DNA of 64,000 bases from Octopus vulgaris (taxonomy: Eukaryota), in NCBI GenBank assembly GCA_951406725.2, contig OX597815.1:69688001-69752000 (forward strand). The letters run 5' to 3'. The notes beneath the pieces are model-generated. The model did not search any database. It saw only the letters and a list, made by a program, of their open reading frames with translations, and was not told the DNA's origin. The translations under genes were made by a program, and so were the position numbers. Within the stretch, counting starts at the first letter, position 1, and each line of letters opens with the position of its first letter. Shown one piece after another: positions 1-14,034 of this stretch.

Positions 1-2035
<2,035 letters not shown>

Positions 2036-2039
2036 TATA

Positions 2040-2929
2040 AAGGGTGCGGTGAATAAATTGTCGTCTAAATTACGCAAAAATTAAAATAAAACTGACATCC
2101 CATTTTAGCAGATATATTTACCAAAATTACATAAAAATATCTTGAAATACTAAAGAGTAAATCTATTCAATAAAATCGCCATTGGCTTGAACCACGGCCT
2201 TCAGATGACTTCGGAATCACCTGCAAATCTTCTTGACGGTCTCTTTGTTTAAGTTAGTGAATATTACCATAATCCTTGCCTTCAGTTAGCCTTTGGTGTT
2301 ACAAGGAGTTTCGTTGCTCTCTCACTCAATTGTGCCTCACAGAAAATAATCAAGGGGGATGTAGTCTGGAAGGTTAGGTTGCCAGATGTTAGGGGTGATG
2401 TGACCGCAGAAATTGTCTGACAGCCACGACTGGGTTCGGCTGCTTGCTTGGCATAATGCAGAATCTTGTTGCCAGACACAGGGTCTTCCAGCATCCACCC
2501 TCTTGACCAAGGGCAGCACTACCTTCTCCAGAAACTTGATTTAGGACTCCGTGTTGGGTGTGAGGCTGTGTGGGAAGATGAATGGCGGCATAACGCCACT
2601 ATTACTAGTGATCACTCCAAAATCCATGATGTTTACTGGACATTTAATTTTTATCACTTTTGGTACATGTCCTCAGATTGCACTGTACCCAGATTGACTC
2701 CCGAACACTCTGAAATGTTCCTATTGGGGCCATTCGTGTGAATACCAAGCAGTATAGCATGTCGATTCCTAATTTCTAGCAGAGTGAATTGCGTCATGGT
2801 GCTGTTTTCCCTCACAGACGGTGTCCAACTGACCTTACGATTCTATGTAGTCGACAAAATTGAAAACAAACATGCGCATGCGCGAATTTAGAATTTATAA
2901 AATGGCAACCATTTACCTATCGCACCCTG
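2040..2929 (-). mobile_element. Decayed, internally deleted Tc1/mariner-superfamily DNA transposon, DD37D (maT)-like
   Basis: Imperfect TIRs: left ta-aagggtgcggtgaataaattg, right reverse complement ta-cagggtgcgataggtaaatgg, with TA on both sides. Minus strand encodes GSVMPPFIFP and GRPCVWQQDSA...SWLSDNF...IWQPNLPDYIPLDY (ORF 2337-2519), matching the QQDxAP..WPPNSPDLNPLDY catalytic region. Confidence 0.8.
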
Positions 2930-4377
2930 TATATGAATGTATGTACGTACGTTTGTATAGTAACTTTTTAAGTTTTGATAAAGCCTGAGTTAAACATTTA
3001 TTTTGCTTAAAAACAACATACATCTATACAGAGAGAGAGAGAGAGAGAGAGAGGCGAGAAAGAGAGAGGGAGGAAGAGTTATATATATATATGCAATTTA
3101 GGGTGATGCACAAGCATTCAACTCTGGATGATCTACATACAATAACGGAAACAGCTGTAGGCTAACGAAGTTCATTGCACAATTTCCTGTTCTTTTGTTT
3201 ACTTCTTTTTATACATATGTGTGTGTGTTTGTGTGTGAGAGTATAAAGTTTTCGCGGGGTGAGTATATTGATATGTGTGTGTATGTGTGTGTAAGTATGT
3301 GCTTGCGCGAGCGCTTGTGTGCGTGTTTGTATGTATGAATTTGTATATACATATATATATATATACAAATACATATAAGGTTTTCATGGGATAAGTATGT
3401 ATATATATGATCACACAGGGAGAGGGAGAGAGAGAGAGAGAGAGAAAGTGAGAGAGAGGGTGAGTATTTGGTTATTCCAACGATCCTAGAGAAACGTAAC
3501 TATATACATATAATATGAATATATATATATATACATAGATATATGCATATACCACTTACTATTTATGCATACACACATACACATTCACACACACACACAA
3601 TACACGCGCGCGCGCGCATGCACACACATTCTAATATTCATTTATTCATTTGAAAACAAATGTTTTGCTAAGATGACAAACACAATTCAAATATTAATTA
3701 TAGAAGCGTCTGCTTTATTGAATCACCAATATTTTCCATTATTACCTGACCATGAAGCATTCGCCAGAAATAGGCTCTAAAATTCTAAAAGAAACCGCAA
3801 AGTACCAATAATTCGGCAATTGTTAACCAGTTTTGCTATTTTTTCTTATTATTATTCTCCCCGCCCCTCTCTCCAGGTTTTATTAACTGTGTAAGTTTTC
3901 ATTTAATTCACTTATATCCTTTGAGAAACGGCAGCGCATTGGCGTATCTCCTGTGATCTCTGTAGCGTGAAGTAGAGGAGAATATATAGAAGCGTGTTTC
4001 AGAGAGACGCCATGATTGATAGAGCGTTTACAATATGAAACTCATATCAGACAATAAATTAGAATTTGACGGAAGGTCAGTTGCCTGTTGTGTTGTGACG
4101 TGTGTATGCTTGTGTGCTTCTGTGTATGCGTGTTTGTGTCTGTATACATGCATACATACACACGCGCACACATATATGCATGTTTATATATGCGCACATA
4201 CATGTTCACACACATACACACATACAAACACACACCTACACACGCATGTACACATACAAATATGTATATACACACATACATATTTAAATTGTAAACTCTA
4301 TCTTTAGTTTTGAGTACTCTTCATTTCCTCACTTCTAATCTAACGTATGCATGTCTCTGCGTGTAAATGTATATGTG

Positions 4378-4408
<31 letters not shown>

Positions 4409-4442
4409 CAAGAAGAAGAAGAATGCGGATCATACCACTCCC

Positions 4443-4525
4443 GCATTCTTCTTCTTCTTCTTCTTCTTCTTCTTCTTCTTCTTCTTCTTCTTCTTCTTCT
4501 TCTTCTTCTTCTTCTTCTTCTTCCT
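4443..4525. repeat. (TTC)n/(GAA)n trinucleotide array; others at about 26420-26510, 28740-29030 and 55430-55540
   Basis: Direct reading. Confidence 0.97.
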
Positions 4526-4782
4526 CTTTCCTTGCCAAGAATTCACAACGACCTCGAGCCCACAAGAGTAAACAAGAGAGATAGAAACAGGCAGAAACAA
4601 AGAAAACACCTCTTGTATTTGAATACTATGCAAATATTCTTTTAAAAAACTTTTCGTTTAATTTACCCAAAATTTAATTGCTTTCCGTACTTAGAATTCA
4701 AAAAGTCTCGATGACTGAAACCGGTACAAAAATGTTTTTTATGATAAAATTATTTTAGCATTTTCTACCTTGACTTTTTTCC

Positions 4783-4848
<66 letters not shown>

Positions 4849-5160
4849 TTACATACATACATACATACATACATATATACATACATACATACATACATAC
4901 ATACATACATACATACATACATAATACATAATACATGCACACACACATTTATACACACACAGACAAGCGAATGCGCACATAGACACACACACATATATTG
5001 TATAAGAACTAGGTCTTTTACCAACAGAAAATAACGAAGACATCGTCATCATAATCACCACCACTACTACCACCACTATCATCATCATCATCATCATTAT
5101 CACTATTAGGCCTTGTGCCCATAGTAGAAAGCATTATTATTATTGTTGTTGTTGTTGTTG

Positions 5161-5205
<45 letters not shown>

Positions 5206-5224
5206 TTGTTGTTGTTGTTGTTGT

Positions 5225-6540
5225 TCCTTCATGACACAGTATAGGTCGTTAATCATCTGTCAAGTTACAAGGACTGCAGATAGAGAATACTTTTCTTAAG
5301 ATGTGAGCTGTTCCCAATAAGGCTGCTTTTTGCAATACATTAATCTTTCATGGGATTTCCAGTTGCCTTAAAAAGTTGGAATTGAGCCCAATACTACGAT
5401 CACCACTGGTATCACTTTTACATTACCCTCTCGTATTCCATACAGTCTTGCCATTTCCACTTTTAATTTGGAGTACGAAGTGAATTTTTTCAACCTATTT
5501 ACTCACAACATTCATGTCATTTGGTATGGCTATATCAATGATCAGACAGTATTTGTCTCTCTTATTCAATATGACAATATCCGGCCGACGGTGTTTGATT
5601 ACACGATCTGTCTGAAAATCAAAGTCCCAGACTGTCGTTATTTTGCCATCTACCTGCATAACTTTACTTGGTACATGCTCATACTAATTCTCTGTTACTT
5701 CATACTGGTATTTACAGCATAAGAGCCAATGAAGATACACACACACCTCATCGTGGTGACACTTGTATTCTTTTTGTGCAAAGCTCTCACATCCACTTAC
5801 CAAGTGGGTCACATGTTCCACGCTCTTTCCACAGAGTCTGCATTTCTGTCTGTCAGAAGTTTTATAGATGTTATACTTCACTGAATTGGTAGCGAAAGCC
5901 TGGTCCTGTGCTGCAATGATCCGGCTTTCGGTAGTACGTTTCAAATAACCTCACTGAAGCCATGCCCACGATGCTGTATTATCCTTAACGTCTTGTGTAT
6001 TCCTTTCAAACTATCCATGCATTCTAATTTCAAGAATGTCTTCTTTTCTCTTTTCCTCAGCTCATTGGTTTAACTCTCCTTTGCTCATCATTTAATCTGC
6101 ATTTACACTCATATCTTTCGCGGCATATTGCAGCAGGTCTTAATCACTATATATCAAATACTCGGCAAGCGTTCTCCTTTCACTCCTTATACAATGGTTT
6201 AATACTAATTAGTCCTCTGCTACAATTTTTTTCTTTTCATATATAGTCTGTTTACGTTTGCTTAAGGGTGTAGCGGCCCATGCAGCGTCATCAACATCCT
6301 CGTCCTTCTATCCAGTGTTGATATTTCCTCCTTAGTCCATTTGAGGATGGACGCACTATATCTGACCACCGCAGCTGCCCAGATATTCATTGCAGTAGTC
6401 AAATTTTGGCATTCAGGTTGGATTTCAACACCATCTTCACCCTTTTTTGATACGCCTCGCTGACCTTGACTTTCATTTCTCTGTGTAGAATGTCATCCAG
6501 CTCTAAAATCCCTAAATTTCAATACCCACTACCGTCGGGT
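5225..6540 (-). mobile_element. 5'-truncated, decayed R4/Dong-like non-LTR retrotransposon (RT end, CCHC knuckle, RLE endonuclease) ending in an (AAC/AGC/AAT)n array
   Basis: ORF 5684-5944 reads TESRIIAAQDQ...CRLC...HVTHLVSGC...HHD..YLHW; C-terminus VLQKAALLGTAHILRKVFSI near 5340-5280; homologous to the element at 51094-54040. Confidence 0.9.
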
Positions 6541-6547
6541 ATTATTA

Positions 6548-7177
6548 TCTCTTATTATAAAAGGCAGATTTTATCTGCCTCCCTTTGTCTCTTATAAAAA
6601 TCTACAATATAGGATTTCTTCAATTACAATTTATCTAGCATTTTTAAGAGTAGAATGCATCGGGTCGTGCCAGGTCCGGTTTTTCGAATTTCAACCCCAA
6701 TTAAGCAAAATTTAGAGAAAACTCACATTGTGGTGTGTAAGTCAAGTGCTTTTCTTAGTGTGGGCTACAGCACACGCACACGCACACACACACAAACGGA
6801 GCGAACTGCTTCACTGATGCTATCACCCAAATTTCTCCACCTTTCTCTTTGCAAGTGTGCAACGATTAAAATGAAAGTATTTATATAAAACGAGAGAAGT
6901 GTACCTTAAACCACTACTCAAAAAAAAAACAACACAGCAAACAGAAACAAATAAATACATAACGATTTACTCCTCACACAATTTCTTCAATTAGAGTTTA
7001 CCTATGATTTTTCAAAGTACTTCCATTCGGTCATGGCATACAAAATTTCTTTCAATTTCACCCCCATTTTAGAAAAAATTCGAGAAAACTAAATATTTTA
7101 CCATTTCACTCTGCATATTACTCCCACTTCCTCTTTACACACATAGACACGCAAATATATAAATAAAATTGTAAGCT

Positions 7178-7236
<59 letters not shown>

Positions 7237-8575
7237 GTGTGAGTGTGTGTGTGTGTGCGTCTGTGTGTGTGTGAGGGTGCGTGTGTGTGTCTGTGTGTGT
7301 GTGCGTGTGTGAGTGTGTGACAGGGATGAGCAAGTCAAACTAGTCATCCTTTTTGCAAGATCACCTAACATCTAAAGTTATCTCTAAGTAGCAGTCGCCC
7401 AAAAGTGTATATAGACACACACATGTATGTATAATGTGTGTGTATATATTCCATAGAGGTAACCATTCACTCCATACAAAGTTATTTAGGACGAATTGGA
7501 CGAATATAAGATCTAAAGTATATCCAAGTAGCAGAAAGATCGCCCAAAAGTGTATATAGATATTTAAATGTATTTATATATTCATCTATACACACATGTA
7601 TGTATAATGTGTGTGTATATATTTCCATAGAGGTAACCATTCACTCCGCACAAAGTTGTTACACTTCCAGATGGGAAGGGTCTTCCTTTGATGCTGACAT
7701 GCAATATCTGTGCAAGACCCTGCCTCAGTAAAGCTGGACTCAAGAGTCATCTTCGTAGTCATAAAGCGAGACAGATGAGTGACAACCTGGCCACTGATGG
7801 TGGTGTAACACACCATACTAATCATATCTGTCGGGCATGTGGAAGAAAGTGTAATTCGGCAGGAGGACTTAAACGACATGCAAAGGCACATGAAGCCCAG
7901 TTACAACTACAGCCGGCTATTACCGGTAAAGGTATTAGTTGCCAATTCTGTACAAGACATTGTAGATCTTTTGTTGGGCTAAAAAGTCACATTCGATCAC
8001 AGCACCAGTAACAGTTAAGCTTCGTGCAATGGCCATACTCGATAACGAGGGGGCAGCCACAATAATGTATGTATGTATATGTATATATATGAGTGTGTGT
8101 ATGTATATATATATGTATATGTTTATAAGGGTGAGTGTGTGTGTATAAGAAATAGAGACAAGGGGTCGAAGAACCCGATTTCTATTAAAACACCAGGGGA
8201 ACAACTTCACGATGACGACTATTATTATTACTGCTGCTAGTTATTCAACGGCTACTGCCACTCCTAAGAAAACAAGTCTTGACCACACTATTCACTTTAC
8301 AAAGACAGATAGTAGTAATTTGCGGTCACAGTCAGTTGAGCTTATCATGCTACCAGAACCAAAGTATATTATCAAGTGCTCTTACAGGAAAAAGGAAAGT
8401 AAAGTACAAATATTAATCGTAATTTTAATTTTAATTAATTTTTTTAAATAGTTCTTTTCTCTTTACCTATTCCATTTTAGTACATATTTTAGATAAGGTT
8501 TCTCAAAAACCGAAACATGCAAAAGGAAAGTTAGAATGTACCTAATTTTAAGAAAGTACCATTTTCGTTCTTATT

Positions 8576-8669
<94 letters not shown>

Positions 8670-8745
8670 AGAGTTAGAGGTTATGCAACCGTCTAAGGGA
8701 TAAATGTATCCGTAGGCACTACTGGTGCATTACGTAACTATGTAT
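6548..8745 (+). mobile_element. Possible non-autonomous Helitron-like element, interrupted by an RTE fragment
   Basis: Starts A|TCTCTTATTATAAA with subterminal hairpin aggcagat-ttt-atctgcct (6562-6580) and internal microsatellites; weak 3' hairpin ccgtag-gca-ctactgg near 8710-8725, but no clean CTRR end. Boundaries uncertain. Confidence 0.3.
7662..8075 (+). mobile_element. 3' end of an RTE-clade LINE encoding three C2H2 zinc fingers, with short 3'UTR and (ATGT)n tail
   Basis: ORF 7688-8011 has CNICARPCLSKAGLKSHLRSH, CRACGRKCNSAGGLKRHAKAH and CQFCTRHCRSFVGLKSHIRSQH; 3'UTR ggccatactcgataacgagggggcagcc then atgtatgtatg; same finger triplet as the RT-linked copy at 33290-33610. Confidence 0.85.
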
Positions 8746-8899
8746 AGGCCTTGCTGTAAAGCTAACAGTAGTTGGTAATTTAAATGACAAACTGGTTTAA
8801 TATATTCGGATAAGATAAGTGGAGAAATGGAGTAAAATGTAACAATTAGAAGTTGATCATTAGTATTGAATGGTCATAGTTTAATTCTGGTTAAGATAA

Positions 8900-8978
8900 C
8901 AATTACAGCTGTTTCAGTTTGTATTTTTGAGGTAAAGTTGCGTTATCTCATTCCATCTAACAAACATCACCAGTATAA
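8900..8978 (-). ncRNA. Degenerate minimal type I hammerhead ribozyme (arm 1)
   Basis: Minus strand: CTGGTGA-t-gtttgt...acaaac-t-GAAA-CAGCTG-TA-attg; stem II gtttgt/acaaac, palindromic stem III ACAGCTGT; A6 changed to G. Confidence 0.5.
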
Positions 8979-9828
8979 TTTGAACTTTACCAGAGGAATA
9001 TTGACAGAAGAAAAAGAGGAAAAAAGAAAAGGAAAAGAAAAAGTATAAGGTTCGTTAGGTCATTGGGCTTATATTTTGAGATCTTAAAAGATGGCCCGTG
9101 TGTGTATAGTTGCTTCAAGTAGATGAATGGAGCAGTGAGTGGGGGAAATGACCAGTTGGCTAGCAGTGTTAGTCGAAAGAGTTATACCTGGTATCATTCA
9201 TTGTAACAAATAACGTTATTTGAGTCCGATAGATTAGTTCCTATGTTTACAAATAATGCCCTAGTTAAAAATTAAGGAGGCTCGGTATACACCTGGTTGA
9301 CGCAAATAGGTATAATAAATAAAGTGTTGTTATGTGTGACCAGGGTTTAGTATTTGTTAATATAATTAAAACAAATCAATTCGTCTCGAATATACGATTA
9401 AATCGCTCGTTTAATCGTATATATGTTAATGGCAGCACTAGCATTTAGTATGTTAGTCAGTGATTTAATTTTAATGTGAATATATTAAAGAGAATAGATT
9501 GTTCTTAACGAGGGCAATATTTGTAAACATAGGGACTTATCTAGCGTTCTCAAATAGCGTTATTTGTTACGATTAATGATACTGGATATTACTACCAGAT
9601 ATAACTTTTTCGACTAACACTACCGGTCAACTGGTCATTTTCCACACTCACTGCTCGTTCATCTACCTGAAGCAACTGTATACACACGGGCCATCTTTTA
9701 AGGTCGCAAAAATGTAAGCCTAAAGCCCTAACGAACCTTTTCCTTTTTTTCTTTTTTCTTATTTCTTTTCCTTTTCTCTCCTGTTAACCTTCGATCTCCT
9801 GTCAATATCCACCTGGTAAAGTTCAAAT

Positions 9829-9908
9829 CATTCTATTGATGTTTGTAGGATGGAACGAGATAAACGCAAGTTTACCTCCAAAATAACAAACTGAAACAGC
9901 TGTAATTG
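9829..9908 (+). ncRNA. Degenerate minimal type I hammerhead ribozyme (arm 2)
   Basis: catt-CTATTGA-t-gtttgt...acaaac-t-GAAA-CAGCTG-TA-attg; core mutated, stems II and III retained. Confidence 0.45.
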
Positions 9909-10001
9909 TTATCTTAACCATAATTAAACTATGATCCTTCAATACTAATGATCAACTTCTAATTGTTACATGTCGCTCCATTTCTTCTCTTATCATATAT
10001 A

Positions 10002-10112
10002 TGAAACGTAAAATACTTGTTTTATTTATATTCATGAGTGCCATACTAATACAATTGCTTGTTTGTATTCCACCTGCCTTCGTCTTTTGTTTATTTTCAT
10101 AAAGCTTCCCGT
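10002..10112 (+). repeat. Partial copy of the short hammerhead-bearing repeat family also at 13495-13812 and 32505-32690
   Basis: Begins at gaaacgtaaaa (3' half of the hammerhead), then actaatacaattg..ttgtttg..cttcgtcttttgttt, ending in (TA)n. Confidence 0.6.
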
Positions 10113-10135
10113 TATATATATATATATATATATAT

Positions 10136-11052
10136 AACAAAACTCACTTGGAGGAGATGAAACGAAACGAAAACGAATCGAATCGACGCGAGGGCGCTCA
10201 GTCATACAATAGTGTAATAAATAAAATATATGCATACATACATACATGTATGTACGTACCTACATCTACATGTATATATACATGCATATATAAATATATA
10301 TGCGTGAGTACAGGACACCACAAATAGACGTAGAACTCAACGAGAAACGAAAACGTAAAAGCAAACGTGGAAACGGACCTAAACGAAAAAAACAGAGTAC
10401 AAGACAAACTACACAAGGAAAAATCCCCTTCATCAGCTGTCCCTAGTTCAACTCCAGCGTGTTTCGAAGGTGAGGACAGAACACGACTCATGGAACTAGT
10501 CCTTCCTGCGAAGGAATTAAATAAAATTACTTCGCAGAGGGGTAAAAACAAGGAAAGTTAAACATGTGACAAAAAAACGATACAACTAAAATTACAAAAT
10601 AAAATACAAAATAAAAATACAAAAAATAAAAATACAGAATAAAATTACAAGTACGAAACATACAGTACAAGAAATAAAACAAACAAAAAAACAGACAATG
10701 AGGGCCTTAATGCTGGCCTACACGAGTAAAGATTCTAAGAGCGCTAGAAGAACAGTGTTCACTGTTAGAATGCCAGCGGCGAAAGGAAGCAACTCGCCCG
10801 GCTGTGAAAGAGATGAGGAGGAGTGAGAGAGAGAGAGAGAGAGATAGAGGAAGACAAGCGGCTGTGAGAGAGGGATGAAGAGGAGTGAGAGAGAGAGGGA
10901 GATAGGGAGGGAAGGGAAGGTCAAGCAAAGAGTTGTAGAGTTTCGCGTCACAATTATAAATAACAAAACTTACTTGGAGGAGTGGAAACGAAACGAAAAC
11001 GAATCGAATCGACGCGAGGGCGCTTAGTCATACAATAGTATAATAAATAAAA
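10136..11052 (-). repeat. Unclassified interspersed repeat bounded by a ~90-bp direct repeat (10136-10225 and 10962-11052)
   Basis: aacaaaact(c/t)acttggaggag..gaaacgaaacgaaaacgaatcgaatcgacgcgagggcgct(c/t)agtcatacaatagt(g/a)taataaataaaa occurs twice. Confidence 0.7.
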
Positions 11053-11333
11053 AATATATATATATTTAAATTTAAAATAAGGGTGACAAATTGAATATTA
11101 ATTTGATTAATATCAATTTAAAACCAGTGGTGTAGCATATAGTAAAATCTGAAGATTCAGAAAAATTATATTACATACATATAAGAGGGATGAACACTAA
11201 GTGGACATCCATTATGCTAGAAGTCAATCCCCTATGGTCTTACCACTAAGAAAGGAATATTCTCAAGAAAATTTAGCAAACGCCAGAGCGTAAACGAGCA
11301 AGACAAATGAAAAGATACAAAATATACAGATTA

Positions 11334-11405
11334 ATTACAAATCCGGTTTCGTTATTACCACTTACGTAATTACTCACGTTGATGTCCGCAACTCGTCAGT
11401 GTGAT
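11334..11405 (-). ncRNA. Minimal type I hammerhead ribozyme-like motif
   Basis: Minus strand: atcaca-CTGACGA-gttg...taac-GAAA-ccgg-att-tgtaat; CUGANGA and GAAA intact, stem I atcaca/tgtaat, stem III/cleavage triplet imperfect. Confidence 0.55.
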
Positions 11406-12300
11406 CGTCATAGCAAAATATAATTTGAAGAACTATACACGATACGTCCGCATGAGATCGAATATGTATATAGTTCTGCCAATTGCATTTGGGGTTATAT
11501 TTCAAAAGTCTTCCTTTTGGCGCGCCAAAATACCGGAAATAATTGTCAGCAATGAATTAAATTTAAGTAACTATGTTCCCTAACTGGCAAAATTCTACCT
11601 AGGGATAGATCAAGAAGGAGATGGTGGGATAATATCCATAGTTTCAGTCGGTCACGCTTGGGAATAAAACTGGAAAGGCTAATGGCGGTTGCTTTTGATA
11701 GAACCCTATATAAGAGGTGCCTGAGGATTGTACCACCCAACTCTCCAAGGAGCAGTGGACAGAGAAAATGAACGGGTGGATGGATTGCTGGATGGATGGT
11801 ATATTCCACTAAATTGTAGTCTATTCTTATTGTGAGTGCATTGTAAATCGGTTGAGAAAGCGCCGTACTTCTAACATCATATAACAACTTTTACGCTTCT
11901 ATGACTATATAACAACTTTTACGCTTACAATAATATTTACTATAATCACATTAGATATTAGTAGCTGGTTCATGGGTTTACATGTTTGCAGTGTGAAGGT
12001 TTGTGATGGCGATGTTTTAAATTTTAGTGTTTTTGTGGTATATTATTAGCGTTAATTTACAGTTTGGTGTAACGTATTTTGTGTTCTGTTTTATGAGGCT
12101 TTTAATGTGCTCCATAGTTAGTGTGTATTCGATTCGTTTAACATACTTCGTGTGGTGGACACAAAACTTTGTTCTGTGTCTCTGTAAAGTCACTACGTTC
12201 ATCGCATCTGTCTCTTTCTGTCTGTTTCTCTCTGTGTCTATCTGTGTCATCTTGCTTGTATGTCTGTCAATCTCTCTCTCACTTTCTCTCTTTCTTTCCT

Positions 12301-12349
<49 letters not shown>

Positions 12350-12368
12350 ATTTATTTATTTATTTATT

Positions 12369-12406
<38 letters not shown>

Positions 12407-12803
12407 AGCAAACAAGGACTTCAACATCGATAATTTGATGTCCATAGTGAGTATATATGTGTGTTTGTGCTTTACTGTATGGTGCGATGTGTGTGTGGTG
12501 AAGTATGTCTATTTGTGTGTGTGCATGTATGTATGGGTGTGTGTGTATGTGTTTGTGTGATAATATATGTGTGAGTAAACATGTACGTGTTTGCGTGTTT
12601 GTGAACGGTGCGATATGCCTGTATGATGATGCATGTGTATGTGACTGTGAAGTGATGTATGTATATTTGCATGTGAATATGCGTTTATGTAGTGATGTAT
12701 GTGTGTGTTGATAGAGTATGTATATTTGTATAGCTCTGAGTGTGTATGTGTGTGAGTGGGTGTTTGTGTGTGTGTGTCTGTATGTGTGTGTGTATGTGTG
12801 TGT

Positions 12804-12877
<74 letters not shown>

Positions 12878-13494
12878 GTAAAATTAGTGCTGATTGAAAT
12901 ACTCCAAAAAGGAAGTATCTAACATTGAAATTTTCGACTTGGACAATTTTTACATTCCACTTAGTTATAAGAAATGTTCTTTTTCATCTTACAAAATGTA
13001 CATACATGCATACATGCATATACACACGCACACAGACGCACACACATACATACATAATACATAGATACATACATGCATGCATGCAGACAGACAGACAGGC
13101 AGACACAGATGGAAAAAAAGTGTGCGCACACAAGCACGCACACACACTCAGACACACGCATATAAACAATATGTATATGCATAAACACTTAAATACACAT
13201 ACACACATGCACAAATACACACACGCGTGTGTGTGTGTGTGTTTGTATGTGTCAAAACCCCGATATTCGATTGGCAGCTGAGGAAGGGACTACAGTGGGT
13301 ATATTAAATATACCTGTTTATTTTTTTCGCCTTTCGTTCGAGTTAATATCTTTATTCATTGTTACAGCCATGCTTAATTTGTTATACTTCGATAGCTCGA
13401 AGTGATATTGTTCTATTAATAATTATACATTATCAAGATCGAAACTTAGATATACGGCAAGTAAGAAACGCCCCCACCCCCACATATATATATA

Positions 13495-13812
13495 GTCGAA
13501 ACTTACAGAAAAACAAAAGACGAAGACAAACAATTGTATTAGTTTGACGCTCGGGAAAATGAAAAATTCTTTTACGTTTCGAGCCTACGCTCTTCAACAG
13601 AAAGGAATAAATGAAAATAAACAGAGAGAGATAGAAAGAGTGTGAAAAAAAAAACCTTGTAGATTTCAGCGATTCAGCATGGCGAAATGCTGAACCGCTG
13701 GAATCTACAAGTTTTTTCAATCTGTTTATTTTTCCTGGGTGTCAAACTAATACACTTGTTTGTTTTTCATACAGCTGTCCTCGTCTTTTGTTTTTCTACA
13801 AATTTCATCTAT
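13495..13812. mobile_element. Head-to-head inverted pair of a short hammerhead-bearing repeat, both ends running into (TA)n
   Basis: 13495-13680 (minus) and 13687-13812 (plus) share gtcaaactaataca.ttgtttg...tcgtcttttgtttttct; the centre is a 25-bp-arm hairpin at 13656-13711. Confidence 0.75.
13566..13608 (-). ncRNA. Minimal type I hammerhead ribozyme-like motif (A6 changed to U)
   Basis: Minus strand: attccttt-CTGTTGA-a-gagc-gtag-gctc-GAAA-cg-TA-aaagaat; stems I and II pair, stem III is the ACGT palindrome. Confidence 0.6.
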
Positions 13813-14034
13813 ATATAATACGCTCACGTGGTTACCCCAGTGTGATCTTTTCTCAACTTCATACACTTTGGACTTGCATATCTGAATCACTTCCAGAACT
13901 TTCAGCACCTTTCCTCATCCACCCGGATTACAACTGGATCTACTAACCCTACCGTCACGGATTTCACTGGATCTTTCGATGATATATATATATATATCTG
14001 TAAATGTAATATGTGACAATTATTCGGTATCCAT

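Larger units (their letters stand above)
8810..9995. mobile_element. Long diverged inverted repeat (arms about 8810-9270 and 9505-9995), each arm with a hammerhead-like motif; Penelope pLTR-like inverted pair
   Basis: Arms align by eye as reverse complements, e.g. gtaacaattagaagttgatcattagtattgaa versus ttcaatactaatgatcaacttctaattgttac; spacer about 230 bp. Confidence 0.75.

Noticed and set aside
4705-4732. Hammerhead half GAAACCGGTA
   Set aside because: No proper CUGANGA box or stem II upstream
7688-8011. Host C2H2 zinc-finger gene exon
   Set aside because: No TGEKP linkers; followed by an RTE-type 3'UTR and tail, and homologous to the RT-linked fingers at 33290-33610
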